Below, piece after piece: positions 1 through 9,628 of a stretch of 37,152 nucleotides of DNA; position 1 is the stretch's first letter; each line of letters starts with the position of its first letter. The DNA comes from Myxococcota bacterium (GTDB taxonomy: Bacteria; Myxococcota_A; UBA9160; UBA4427): NCBI GenBank assembly GCA_036336835.1, contig JAYZFK010000027.1:1-37152 (forward strand), in the 5' to 3' direction. A model generated the notes under the pieces. The model was not told the DNA's origin, searched no databases, and worked only from the letters and a program-made list of their open reading frames with translations. Position numbers and translations under genes: made by a program.

Positions 1-428
1 CCGCCACGGGGGGCTCCTCCCGCGCCCCACCCGCCCGCCGCCGCATCACCTGGGGCGGGCGCTTCTCCTACCGCGCCGGCGATCCCGCCCCCGGTCGCAG
101 CAGTTGCCGAGAGTTCGAGCTGGAGTCCGCCGACCGACGCCTCGAGCGCCGCGAGTGCGCGAGCGAGCAACTGGCCTTCAGCGGGCGTGGCCCCGTGTGC
201 CCATACGAGGACCGGGCGCTCGCGGCTCCAGCGACAGGCGAACAGCACCAGCTCGTCCGCCTCGATCCAGAAGTGGGGCGCGAGATCCCCCAGGCGATGC
301 CCGGCGGGCAGCGCAAGATCGGCGTGTCGTTGCTCGACACGCCGAACGTCCCAGCCACCCGCCGCGGGCGCGCAGGCCGCGCAACCGGTCATCAGCAGCA
401 GCCAGCCATACCGCAGCAGCGCGCTCAG
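1..428 (-). CDS. Hypothetical exported protein or lipoprotein, 3'-truncated by the window edge
   Basis: Not in the ORF track. Open frame read by hand from CTG 428, which overlaps the TGA of the upstream gene (CTGA): (M)SALLRYGWLLLMTGCAACAPAAGGWDVRRVEQRHADLALPAGHRLGDLAPHFWIEADELVLFACRW. Hydrophobic N-terminus with lipobox-like LMTGC. The last ~90 nt look unreliable. Confidence 0.55.
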   Translation of the reverse strand, partial: MSALLRYGWLLLMTGCAACAPAAGGWDVRRVEQRHADLALPAGHRLGDLAPHFWIEADELVLFACRWSRERPVLVWAHGATPAEGQLLARALAALEASVGGLQLELSATAATGGGIAGAVGEAPAPGDAAAGGWGAGGAPRG

Positions 429-1492
429 GGCCGACGCCGCATCGCTCGATCGAACAACGCGGCAGCGAGCGACTCCATCTCTGCGAAGCGTTCGTCCCGG
501 GTCTGGCCGCGGTGGTAGCGAAAGTAGATCTGCTGGATCACCACGCCCATCTTGAAGATCCCGAACACCTGATAGTACGGCATGAGCGCCGGATCGAGGC
601 CGCGTCGCTCGCAGTAGCGAACGGCACCTTCGTTCGCGGCCAGGAAACCCTCGCCCGAGGGCATCGTGCCGGGAATCCCCTCGCCCGAGTCGTCCGGGTC
701 GCGCCAGGAACAGAGTGCGGTTCCGATGTCGCACAACGGATCGCCGACCGTGCACATGTCCCAGTCGTAAACCGCCATGCAGCGACCGGGATCGTCGGGC
801 GCGACGGCCATGTTGTCGAGCTTCCAGTCGTTGTGCAGCAGTGTCGCGGGCTGCGCCTCGGGAAGGCTGGACTCGAGCCAGGCCGCGAGCTCGGCGGGTG
901 CGGACTGATCGCTCGTCCTGGCGCGCTCGTAGCGCTCCGCCCAGCCACGCACCTGGCGTTCGAGGAACCCCTCGGGATTGCCCAGCGAATCGAGCCCGAG
1001 CGCAGCGGGATCGACTGCATGGAGCTCGGCGAGCGTATCGATCACGACCTCGGAGAGCTTGCGGTTCGCAACCGGATCGCGACCCCCGCCGAACACTTCC
1101 GGAACCCGGCCGCGCACTACTACTCCGCGGCGACGCTCCATCACCAGGAAGTCGCAACCGATCACAGTGTGGTCGTCGCAGAGCAGATGAGCCCGCGGCG
1201 CGGGCGCGAAGGCGCGCCAGAGCTGGGACAGCGCCCGGTACTCGCGCCGCATATCGTGAGCGCCCTTCGCCACGGGCCCGAGCGGCGGGCGGCGCAGGAC
1301 GTACTCGCACGCCGCGTTGCTCTCGCCAAATCTGAGCAGGTACGTCAGGTTGGCGTGGCCGCCACCGAACTGCCGCACCCGAAGCGGTGCGTCAGCCCCT
1401 TCGAGCTTGTCGCGCAGGTAGTCGGCGACGCGCTGCTGATCGAACCGTTCATCGCTGCGAACGTCGATCGTCTCCCCGGAGAGGTCCGCCAT
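425..1492 (-). CDS. Phosphotransferase (APH/ACAD10-11 N-terminal-like) family protein
   Basis: Motifs QFGGGHANLTY, VLRRPP, HDMRRE, LLHNDWKLDN (HxDxxxxN catalytic loop) and DWDM..GDPL. Start trimmed to ATG 1492. Confidence 0.9.
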   Translation of the reverse strand: MADLSGETIDVRSDERFDQQRVADYLRDKLEGADAPLRVRQFGGGHANLTYLLRFGESNAACEYVLRRPPLGPVAKGAHDMRREYRALSQLWRAFAPAPRAHLLCDDHTVIGCDFLVMERRRGVVVRGRVPEVFGGGRDPVANRKLSEVVIDTLAELHAVDPAALGLDSLGNPEGFLERQVRGWAERYERARTSDQSAPAELAAWLESSLPEAQPATLLHNDWKLDNMAVAPDDPGRCMAVYDWDMCTVGDPLCDIGTALCSWRDPDDSGEGIPGTMPSGEGFLAANEGAVRYCERRGLDPALMPYYQVFGIFKMGVVIQQIYFRYHRGQTRDERFAEMESLAAALFDRAMRRRP

Positions 1493-1505
1493 CGCGCGCA
1501 GGGTA

Positions 1506-3446
1506 TCACGCGGCCCCGACCGGTCCGCCCTGGATCCGCACCGCGGACGGAGAGACGTCGGCTTCGAAGCCGAGGATCTGCGCGTAGAAGTAGAGTTCGC
1601 CCTCGAGCGCCGTCCGGATGCTCTCGGGTCGCCGGAAGCCATGGCCCTCGCCCTCGAAGACGACGTACGCGTGCGGGACGCACCGCTCGGTGAGTGCTGC
1701 AGCCATCGCCGCTGCCTGGTCGGGCGGCACGACGAGGTCGTCGAGCCCCTGGAAGAAAATCACCGGACGAGCGAGCCGATCGACGTGGTGAATGGGCGAG
1801 CGTTCGCGATACAGTGCCGCGTGCTCGGGATAGGGCGCGACGAGCCGCTCGGTGTAGCAGGATTCGAACTTGTGCGTATCGCGAACGAGCGCCTCGAGAT
1901 CGCCTATACCGTAGTGGCTCGCTCCCGCGCGGAACACGTCGTGAAAGGTGAGCGCACATAGTGTCGTGTAGCCGCCTGCGCTGCTGCCCGTGATCAGCAT
2001 GCGCCCGCCATCGACCCGGCCGGTAGCCGCGAGGAAGCGCGCCGCAGCGACGCAGTCCTCGACGTCCACCACGCCCCACTGGCCGTCGAGCTGCTCGCGC
2101 GCAGCGCGCCCAAAGCTGGTCGACCCCCCGTAGTTCACATCGACCACGGCAATGCCGCGGCTCGTCCAGTACTGGACGCGCAGATCGAGCGCCGGATGCG
2201 CGACCGCAGTCGGCCCCCCGTGGCTCTTGACCAGCAGCGGAGGCCGCTCGCCCACGAGCCCGTCGCGACCGGGCGCCTGAGGCGGGTAGAAGAATGCGTG
2301 GGCAGTCCGTCCACCCTCGGACGGGAACTCGAGCGGCTCCGGCAGCGAGATGCGGCCGAGGTCGGGCACCCGGTCCAGGCTCGAGCGGAGTGCGTGGAGA
2401 CGCCGCGTCGCGATCTCGTAGAGATAGACCGTCGGCGGGCGCACCGGGCTCGCTCCCAGAAAACAGGCGAGCCCGCGCTCGACTCGCACCCCCTCGATCG
2501 CTGTCAGATCGAGCTCCATCGATTGGAACTCGCCGCTCGCGAGATCGAGCTGGCCGAGTGTCGACCGGCCCGCGTACTCGCAAGCGCACAGCAGCGTGCT
2601 GGCATCGACGAAGTCGTAGTAGGACAGACCGAACACCCACTGCGGCGTCGCGAACTCGGCAGACATCGGACACAGTGGCTGCGGCTCGCCTTGCTCGAGC
2701 CGGTAGAGATTCCACCAGCCGCTGCGGTCCGAGACGAAGTAGAGCCGACCGCCCGGAGCGAAGCGCGGCTGGAAGATCGATTCCCCCGGTCCTCCTGCGA
2801 TGCGGCGAGGCTTTCCTACCCGCCCCTGCTCATTCCAGGCGGCGACGAACAGCGCACTCTCGTCCCAAGGCATGTTCGGGTGATCCCAGGCGATCCACGC
2901 GAGCGCCCGACCGTCGGGCGAGAAGGTCGGAGAGCTCACGAAGTCGTGATCGGTGTCGAGGACGATCCGACCCCCGGCGCTCGTCAGGCCAACCAGCCGG
3001 TTGGCCGGCTGGCCTCCCTCGCCCTCGCCAGCCACCTCTTCGACGGCGACTAGCCAGCGCCCATCGGGCGACAGAGCGAGATCGGCGTAGCGCGCCTCCG
3101 GGCGGCCCATCGGACTGTGCCCCAGCTCTCGCAGGCCGCCGCCGTCTTCAACGATGAAGCTTCGCCCTTGCGCGACCAGATAGGCGCCGCCGCCGTACTC
3201 GTGCACCCGACTGCGCACGCTGGTATCGCGCGCACTGCATTCCTCGAGATCCGCGTCGCGGGTAGACCGGACCAGTACATTGCGTCCGCCCTCGGAAGGC
3301 CGACCCTCGAGCCAGTACACCGCTCCGCGATCGATCCGCGGCTCGGACAGACGCAACATGCCTGCCGAGATCTCCTGCGCTGACAGGGGCGACGGCCAGC
3401 TCCCAAACGGGGCTCGGACCGCCGCTCTACTGGCCTGGCCTTCCAT
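1506..3446 (-). CDS. S9 family peptidase (dipeptidyl/acylaminoacyl peptidase-like)
   Basis: N-terminal APFGSWPSP, propeller repeats, HGGPT, nucleophile GSSAGG, Asp in QGLDDLVVP, His in EGHGFR. SD-like GGGAGAG upstream. Confidence 0.93.
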   Translation of the reverse strand: MEGQASRAAVRAPFGSWPSPLSAQEISAGMLRLSEPRIDRGAVYWLEGRPSEGGRNVLVRSTRDADLEECSARDTSVRSRVHEYGGGAYLVAQGRSFIVEDGGGLRELGHSPMGRPEARYADLALSPDGRWLVAVEEVAGEGEGGQPANRLVGLTSAGGRIVLDTDHDFVSSPTFSPDGRALAWIAWDHPNMPWDESALFVAAWNEQGRVGKPRRIAGGPGESIFQPRFAPGGRLYFVSDRSGWWNLYRLEQGEPQPLCPMSAEFATPQWVFGLSYYDFVDASTLLCACEYAGRSTLGQLDLASGEFQSMELDLTAIEGVRVERGLACFLGASPVRPPTVYLYEIATRRLHALRSSLDRVPDLGRISLPEPLEFPSEGGRTAHAFFYPPQAPGRDGLVGERPPLLVKSHGGPTAVAHPALDLRVQYWTSRGIAVVDVNYGGSTSFGRAAREQLDGQWGVVDVEDCVAAARFLAATGRVDGGRMLITGSSAGGYTTLCALTFHDVFRAGASHYGIGDLEALVRDTHKFESCYTERLVAPYPEHAALYRERSPIHHVDRLARPVIFFQGLDDLVVPPDQAAAMAAALTERCVPHAYVVFEGEGHGFRRPESIRTALEGELYFYAQILGFEADVSPSAVRIQGGPVGAA

Positions 3447-3600
3447 CGCTCTCCCGTCGCCGCGAGCGATCGCGCAGCCGCAGGGTCACCGATCAAGCGG
3501 TGACGCCGCCAGCTTGGCGTAGCGGCCGAGCCGGCGCATCCTCGCGCCCTCAACGACGTGGCGACGCGTGTCAGCCATCTCGCACAGAGGAGCCGAGCCG

Positions 3601-4332
3601 ATGGATCCCCTCGACCTCGCGATCCTGGCATTCGGGGGGCTGGCGGCGGGCGTGATCAACACGCTCGCCGGTGGCGGCTCGATGCTCACGGTGCCGCTGC
3701 TGGTCCTCCTCGGTCTGCCGGGGACGCTCGCCAACGGCACCAACCGCGCCGGTATCCTGGTCTCGAACCTCGCAGCAACCTGGAGCTTCCGGCGAGAGGG
3801 TGTGGATGCCCTGCGGCGCTCGCTGCCCGTGCTGATTCCTGTCGCGCTCGGCTCGCTGATCGGCGCGTTGGCAATCAGCCGAGTCAGCGACGAGACCTTC
3901 GAGCGCAGCTTCGGCCTGGTGATGCTCGCGGTCCTCCTGCCCACCCTGCGCACGCCGAGGCCGACCGGCGCCGCGGCCTGGTCGCCGCCCGTCCGCTCGG
4001 CGGTCTTCATGGCGATCGGCGCCTATGGAGGCGCCTTCCAGGCGGGTGTCGGGATCGTCCTGCTCCTGGCTCTCGGGCGGGCAGGCTATGACCTGGTGAC
4101 GGCGAATGCCGTGAAGGTGGTGGTGATCGGGGTCTTGACGCTGGTCGCCCTGCCCGTCTTCGCGATCCAGGGCCAGATCGACTGGCTCCCGGCGGCCCTG
4201 CTCGCCGTCGGATTCGGCTTCGGTGGCGCGCTGGGGGCAAGGTTCGCGACACGCGGTGGCGAGCGATTGATCCGCCCCGTCCTGGCGGTGGCCGTGGCGG
4301 CACTCGCGATGCGGATGCTCGGACTGCTCTGA
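3601..4332 (+). CDS. Sulfite exporter TauE/SafE family membrane protein
   Basis: AGVINTLAGGGS and ANGTNR, second repeat IGAYGGAFQAGVG, multiple hydrophobic helices. AGAGGAG precedes ATG 3601. Confidence 0.88.
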   Translation: MDPLDLAILAFGGLAAGVINTLAGGGSMLTVPLLVLLGLPGTLANGTNRAGILVSNLAATWSFRREGVDALRRSLPVLIPVALGSLIGALAISRVSDETFERSFGLVMLAVLLPTLRTPRPTGAAAWSPPVRSAVFMAIGAYGGAFQAGVGIVLLLALGRAGYDLVTANAVKVVVIGVLTLVALPVFAIQGQIDWLPAALLAVGFGFGGALGARFATRGGERLIRPVLAVAVAALAMRMLGLL

Positions 4333-4421
4333 CGCGCGATTCGGGCTCAAGCCATCGGGCAATGCTGCCGATCGGAGTCGAGTCGGGCCTGTCTCCCGAA
4401 GCCGCGAACGACACCGAACGG

Positions 4422-4437
4422 TGTTCCTCGTGGAACG
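4422..4437. promoter_or_regulatory. parS: parS-like centromere site (ParB binding)
   Basis: TGTTCCTCGTGGAACG in the intergenic space between convergent genes. One mismatch to TGTTCCACGTGGAACG. Confidence 0.55.
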
Positions 4438-4456
4438 CGCTCGCTCCCGCTCGCCG

Positions 4457-5818
4457 TCACCTCCCGAGCACCTCCGCGTCGATCCAGCTCCCGTGGAAGC
4501 CGAACGGCACGCGCTGCGGCAGACGAACACGGGCGAGCGCTGCGCCCTCGAAGTCCTGGGCGTCGAGCACCACGACCTCGCTGCAGTCCCGGTCGCTGTC
4601 GTAGACAAAGGACAGAACGAAGCCCTCGTCTTCGCCCGCAGCCGCCGAGGCCGGCACGAAGATGCCCTCGGAGCCACCCCGGCCCGCTCCGAAGTCGTGC
4701 TCCCGGCCCACTCCACGTTTGAAGTCATACTTGAGCAGATACCGTGAAGTTCCAGTAGTCATTGAAAATTGACCCATCGTGTAGCCGAACCGATAGGTCC
4801 TTCCCACGCGGCGTTCATCGAGCCGAGGGAACTCGACCCGACGCTCGTCGAGCGCAGTCTCGCTGACCCGGCCCGCGGCGAGATCGAGCTCGAAGCGGTG
4901 CAGGTGGGCCGGCTCGAAATGGTCCGAGCGCTCGCGCCACAGCTCCGGGTAGCGCGCCACGTCGAGCGTGATTCGATCACCCGTCTCGTAGGCGTTGACG
5001 GGGTGGAACACGTAGCAGGGCTCGATCTCGAACCAACGCGTCTGCTCGCCCACGCCGCGCCGCGGCAGTACACCGACCCGAGCTCCGTAGCTGTCGCTCC
5101 AGGCATAGGGCATGCCGCCCTGCGTGGCCCGCTCCGCGTCCAGCACAACGGGCAGATCGAGGAACACGGCGTGCCCCTCGGTGATCGCGAAGTCGTGGAT
5201 CATCGTCGGTCCCGCGACGGGGATCTCCGTACTGTGGACCAGCTGGCCCGCGGCGTCGGCCACGTGATAGGTGAGCCACGGCGGCGCGAAGCCATAGCCG
5301 AAGAAGTGGAGCTCGCCGGTGAGCGGGCAGCGCTTCGGATGCGCGGTCATCGCTGTCTTGAGCGCTCCGCCAAAATCGCGGATGCCAACGGTCTCGAGCT
5401 CGGCGTCGACTTCGCACGGATGCGCGATCTCGACCAGGGCGAGAATGCGGCCGGCGTGCTCGACGACGTGGGTATTCGCGGGTCCGCCCGCGCCCAGATC
5501 GACCCCGGATTCCCCGATCACCTCGCGCTCGGGATCGAGGAAGCTCGGCGTCCTCACGTAGCGATTGCGGTACCAGAGCGCCCTGCCCGCTTCGAGCCGC
5601 AGCCCGTGCAGCATGCCGTCGCCGGCAAACCAGTGAGGCGACGCGCCGCTGCGCGGGTTCGGCCCGTTGCGCAGCAGCAGACCGTCGAGCTCGGGCGGCA
5701 GCGCCCCCTCCACCGCGAGATCAAAGACCGTGACCTCGTCCGGAACGGGCGCATAGTTGCCGACCAGGTGGAACGGAAGCTCGTCGCTCCCGACCGACAC
5801 GAGTCCATCACTTGCCAT
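4457..5818 (-). CDS. Carotenoid oxygenase / lignostilbene dioxygenase (RPE65 family)
   Basis: GNYAPV, RNGPNP, HWFAGDGM, and four Fe-binding His in TAHPK, MIHDF, VFHP and GFHGSW. EFPR and DEGFVL also present. Confidence 0.93.
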   Translation of the reverse strand: MASDGLVSVGSDELPFHLVGNYAPVPDEVTVFDLAVEGALPPELDGLLLRNGPNPRSGASPHWFAGDGMLHGLRLEAGRALWYRNRYVRTPSFLDPEREVIGESGVDLGAGGPANTHVVEHAGRILALVEIAHPCEVDAELETVGIRDFGGALKTAMTAHPKRCPLTGELHFFGYGFAPPWLTYHVADAAGQLVHSTEIPVAGPTMIHDFAITEGHAVFLDLPVVLDAERATQGGMPYAWSDSYGARVGVLPRRGVGEQTRWFEIEPCYVFHPVNAYETGDRITLDVARYPELWRERSDHFEPAHLHRFELDLAAGRVSETALDERRVEFPRLDERRVGRTYRFGYTMGQFSMTTGTSRYLLKYDFKRGVGREHDFGAGRGGSEGIFVPASAAAGEDEGFVLSFVYDSDRDCSEVVVLDAQDFEGAALARVRLPQRVPFGFHGSWIDAEVLGR

Positions 5819-5897
5819 CGGGCAAGCCTACCATGGGCGCGACCCGTGGCCGGCCGCCAGCGCGCTCGCCGGTCACGCAACCGCTGGAGGAGCCCGC

Positions 5898-6704
5898 GTG
5901 CCCGTACATCTCGAGCTTCCGCCCGAACATCCCCACGTTGCGCTCGTGACACTCGATCGGCCGCGGTCGGCGAACGCACTCGATCCGGCGATGCTGGCCG
6001 AGCTCGCCGGGGCATGGCGCCGGATCGCCGAAGACGGCGCGATCCGCTGTGCCGTGCTGACCGGCGCCGGCGCGGTCTTCTGCGCGGGAATGGACATGAA
6101 GCGGACCATCCCGGCCGCCCAGCGACTGGCGGCGGGCGAGCGAGTATCGCAGGAAGAGTTCGAGGGTCTGCGCAGCGTGTCGACCGCCCTGCTCGCGGGA
6201 TTCGACCTGGCCACCCCGCTGATCTGTGCGATCAACGGCGCGGCGCGAGCCGGCGGCTTCGACCTCATGCTGGCCTCGGAGCTTCGGTACGCCACTCCCA
6301 GCGCCAGCTTCGCGCTCGAGGAGGTGGCGCTCGGGCTGTATCCGACCGGCAACGCGACCGTTCTGCTCCCGCGTCAGATCGGCTGGGTGCGAGCGCACGA
6401 GCTGCTGCTCACTGCACGACCCATCGACGCGCAACGGGCGCTCGAGTACGGCCTGCTCAACGAGCTCGTCGAGCGCGAGGCGCTGCTGCCTCGCGCGTTG
6501 CAGACAGCCGACATCCTCGCGGCAAACGCGCCGCTCGCAGTGCGCGCCACGCGCGCTGGTGTGCGCGCGCTGCTCGGCGTGCCGCTGGCAGAGGCATATC
6601 CGCGGCAGGAAGAGCTCGGCCGTCCGCTGCGCGCGACCGAGGATGCGCGCGAAGCACAGCGCGCCTTCATCGAGAAGCGACCGCCCCGCTTCCAGGGCCG
6701 CTAG
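5898..6704 (+). CDS. Enoyl-CoA hydratase/isomerase (crotonase) family protein
   Basis: LDRPRSANAL, FCAGMD, AINGAARAGG, FALEEV, AFIEKRPPRFQGR. GTG 5898 follows SD GGAGGAG. Confidence 0.92.
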   Translation: MPVHLELPPEHPHVALVTLDRPRSANALDPAMLAELAGAWRRIAEDGAIRCAVLTGAGAVFCAGMDMKRTIPAAQRLAAGERVSQEEFEGLRSVSTALLAGFDLATPLICAINGAARAGGFDLMLASELRYATPSASFALEEVALGLYPTGNATVLLPRQIGWVRAHELLLTARPIDAQRALEYGLLNELVEREALLPRALQTADILAANAPLAVRATRAGVRALLGVPLAEAYPRQEELGRPLRATEDAREAQRAFIEKRPPRFQGR

Positions 6705-9106
6705 CAACCTGCGCACGAGGCCCGCTGCCGCCCAACGGGGCCGGAGTCGAGTCGCTGGCGCGCGCGCGGCGGACGCGGCCAGTCGCGTCCCGGCGCAAGC
6801 GCGTGGATTGCGCGCGGCTCCGGGCGGATGAAGACGGCGCCGTCGCGACCGGTCCACCAGACCGCGATGCCGCGGGCCCGCAGGCGCTCGAGCACGGAGG
6901 CCGCGGGCAGACCCCGCCGATGGCACGCGGCCGACACGATCGCGGCAGCGGGCCGAACGGCGTCCAGCCAGGCCCCCCGCGTCGAAGTGGCGCTGCCGTG
7001 GTGGCCGAGCTTGAGAACATCGGCGTCCAGCCGTCGGTTACCCGCGAGCAGCGCGCGTTCACCGGCGTGGCCCAGATCGCCGGCGAGCAGCAGACGGGTC
7101 CGGCCCACCGTGGCGAGCAGCACGATCGACGCGGCGTTGCGCTGGCCCGTCTGCAGGCCCACGGGCGGCCAGAGCGGCTCGAGACTCAGCTCGTCGCCGA
7201 GCACGGCCGGAGTGCTGGTCGACGAGATGGCTCGGACCCCGACGCCCCGCCGACGTGCCATCTGCAGCACCCGGTCGAAGCCCGCATCGTTCGACTGCCC
7301 GTGCGGGATCCAGAGTTCGCCGACGGGCACTCGCTCCAGCACGGCGGGAAGGCCTCCAACGTGATCGAGGTCGGCGTGGGTCGCCACCACGACGTCCAGC
7401 CGACTGATCCCGAGAGCCGACAGGGCCGGAACCACGCGGCTGCGGCCGAAGTCGACTCCGGCGTCGAGCGCCAGCCCGCCGTCCACCAGCACGGCGTGCG
7501 CGCCCGAGCGAAGGACCAGCGCGTCGCCGGAGCCGACATCGAGCGCAACGGCACCGGTTGGTTCGAGCGAACTCCCCAGAGCCGGAAGTCTCAGGATCAG
7601 CACGACCGAGAGCGCCAGCCCGACGCGGGCCGCCGTCCGGCTCACCCGGATCGCCGCAACGCCGAGAGCGCCGACCAGTGCGAGGCGCCAGGCCGCTGCC
7701 CGTTCCGGCGAGGCGGTCACAGGCAGGCCCTCTGCGGCCGCCTCGACCGACTCGAGCGTCGCATCGGCGAGCCAGACAACCGCGTCCACCACAAGGTCGC
7801 CGGTCCCGAGCACGGCACAGGCGGCAGCCAGCAACGCCCCGGGCAGCAGCACGACGGCGGTCCACGGAACCAGCAGCGCGTTGCCGATCAGGGCGACCGG
7901 CGAGCTGGCCAGGCCATGGGCCGCAAGCAGCGGCGCTGTGGCGGCCAGTCCGGTTGCAGACACCCGGAGCCCCGCCTCGAGCCGTCCGACGGGAGTCTGC
8001 CCGAGCGCTGCGCTCGGGTTGCCGGGCCGCCGCGCATAGACGAGCGCCGCCGTCGCCACGAACGACAGCTGCGGTCCCAGATCAAACAGCGCGGCCGGCT
8101 CCAGCGGGATCAGGACGCTTGCGGCAGCCCACAGCGCGGAGCGGCCGGCGCCGGGCCGGCAGGCACGCAGACACGCGGCGGCTGACAGCGCGAACACGAG
8201 CGCGCGGCGAAGCGGGAGGCCGAAACCGGCGAAGCCCGCGTACGCGACGGCGCACACCAGTGCGAGCCCGAGCGCGCCGGCGCGAGCGTCTGCTCCGAAC
8301 CCGAGCGCCGGCGCCCAGCGCAGCACCCGGCGAGCGGCTGCGTAGGCCGCCCCGAGGACCATGCCCAGATGCAGGCCCGAGATGGCGAGCAGATGGGCGA
8401 CCCCCAACGCAGCGAAGGCCGGCCGCAGATCCCCCAGCCCCGAGCGATCTCCCAGCGCGAGCGCGCGGACCAGTGCACCGCCGGGCCCGCGCTGTGCTAG
8501 CAGCTCCGACGCGCGCTGCCTCCGCTCGGCGAGCGGACGCACCAGTCGGGCGGCCGGCTCCGAGGCCGTCCTGACCGCCAGCGCCGGGTGCACCAAGGTT
8601 GCCCGCCCCCCGATCCCGCGGCGCTCGAGCCAGCGCGCGCGATCGAAGCCACCGGGATTGACCGCCTGGTGCAGCGGGCGCAAGCGGACGTGAACACGCC
8701 AGCGCTCGCCGGGCCCCGCGTCGGCGAGCGCGGCAGCGGCCGCGGTCCCCCGCGCGACCGGCACGAACAGCTCGACCCGACGCGGCAGCGACGGTGTCGC
8801 GATCTCGAGCTCGAGCCGCGAGCCGGCGGCGACCTCGCGCCTCGATCCGATCCGCACGTCCAGCGTGTGCTCGCCGTGTGCGAGCGGGGCCCCGGTCTCG
8901 GCGCGCGCGAGCAGGCATCCGTGTGCCGTCGCCGCGGCCGCGAGGGCGACGGCAACCGCCGCGAGCTTCGGCCGACGAAGACCACAGGCGGTGAGCGTCA
9001 GAGCGACCGAGAGCGAGCAGGCCACCGTGCCCAGCGCGCGATCCGCGAGCAGGACACCGACGATCTGAGCAATGACGAGGCTGCTGAGCAGACGAGGAGG
9101 GCGCAC
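6701..9106 (-). CDS. comEC: DNA internalization competence protein ComEC/Rec2
   Basis: OB-like region with NPGGFD, Competence domain HLLAISGLH and QLSF, C-terminal metallo-beta-lactamase domain with LDVGSGDA, THADLDHVGG and GHHGS. Confidence 0.92.
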   Translation of the reverse strand: MRPPRLLSSLVIAQIVGVLLADRALGTVACSLSVALTLTACGLRRPKLAAVAVALAAAATAHGCLLARAETGAPLAHGEHTLDVRIGSRREVAAGSRLELEIATPSLPRRVELFVPVARGTAAAAALADAGPGERWRVHVRLRPLHQAVNPGGFDRARWLERRGIGGRATLVHPALAVRTASEPAARLVRPLAERRQRASELLAQRGPGGALVRALALGDRSGLGDLRPAFAALGVAHLLAISGLHLGMVLGAAYAAARRVLRWAPALGFGADARAGALGLALVCAVAYAGFAGFGLPLRRALVFALSAAACLRACRPGAGRSALWAAASVLIPLEPAALFDLGPQLSFVATAALVYARRPGNPSAALGQTPVGRLEAGLRVSATGLAATAPLLAAHGLASSPVALIGNALLVPWTAVVLLPGALLAAACAVLGTGDLVVDAVVWLADATLESVEAAAEGLPVTASPERAAAWRLALVGALGVAAIRVSRTAARVGLALSVVLILRLPALGSSLEPTGAVALDVGSGDALVLRSGAHAVLVDGGLALDAGVDFGRSRVVPALSALGISRLDVVVATHADLDHVGGLPAVLERVPVGELWIPHGQSNDAGFDRVLQMARRRGVGVRAISSTSTPAVLGDELSLEPLWPPVGLQTGQRNAASIVLLATVGRTRLLLAGDLGHAGERALLAGNRRLDADVLKLGHHGSATSTRGAWLDAVRPAAAIVSAACHRRGLPAASVLERLRARGIAVWWTGRDGAVFIRPEPRAIHALAPGRDWPRPPRARQRLDSGPVGRQRASCAGC

Positions 9107-9161
9107 GCGAGCACCGCTCTTCGGAACCGGGCGAGCCCGAGGCTAGCGCGTGGTCGGGCGC

Positions 9162-9554
9162 TCAGTGAAGTATCTGCTCGTCTCCGTCGCCGACGCTGGT
9201 GCGCATCCGACGCACATAGGCGGCGAGCACCTCGAGCACTTCGTCGAGCTTGCGAATCTCGGTGCCAAATCCGGACATCAAGCGCTCCAGCTGCCTGAGC
9301 TCACGCTGCATTCGCGTCCAATCGGCCATCGCATCGGCCCGTGCCTGGTGCGAGAAGCGGACCCCGGCGAGCAGATCCTCGTAGCCACCAGGACCCGTCA
9401 AGCGCAGCTGCTCGACGATGGCCTCGGCGATGCGCTTCGCCTCCTCGCCCAACAGACCGGTCTTGGCAAGATCGGCACACACCCTCTGGCGCAGCGCCTC
9501 CTCCTGTAGCTCGACCTGCTCCATCTTGTCTCGACCGTTCGACTCGTCGCCCAT
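9162..9554 (-). CDS. Hypothetical 130-aa helical/coiled-coil protein
   Basis: C-terminal part of the 514-aa track ORF, from ATG 9554: MGDESNGRDKMEQVELQEEALRQRV...RMQRELRQLERLMSGFGTEIRKLDEVLEVLAAYVRRMR...EQILH. Protein-like composition; fills the gap between uvrC and comEC. Confidence 0.8.
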   Translation of the reverse strand: MGDESNGRDKMEQVELQEEALRQRVCADLAKTGLLGEEAKRIAEAIVEQLRLTGPGGYEDLLAGVRFSHQARADAMADWTRMQRELRQLERLMSGFGTEIRKLDEVLEVLAAYVRRMRTSVGDGDEQILH

Positions 9555-9628
9555 TGACCTGCCCCGCATAACCCGCTCATCCACGAAACGAACACATACG
9601 CCCGATCGGCGCACCGGTCTCCTAGGAG

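Noticed and set aside
4769..8185. 1138-aa plus-strand ORF and other long Arg/Ala/Pro-rich ORFs (104..1693, 9731..11950, 11667..13844, 13982..15361)
   Set aside because: Shadow frames antisense to, or out of frame with, well-supported genes. Expected in high-GC DNA and carrying no recognisable motifs.
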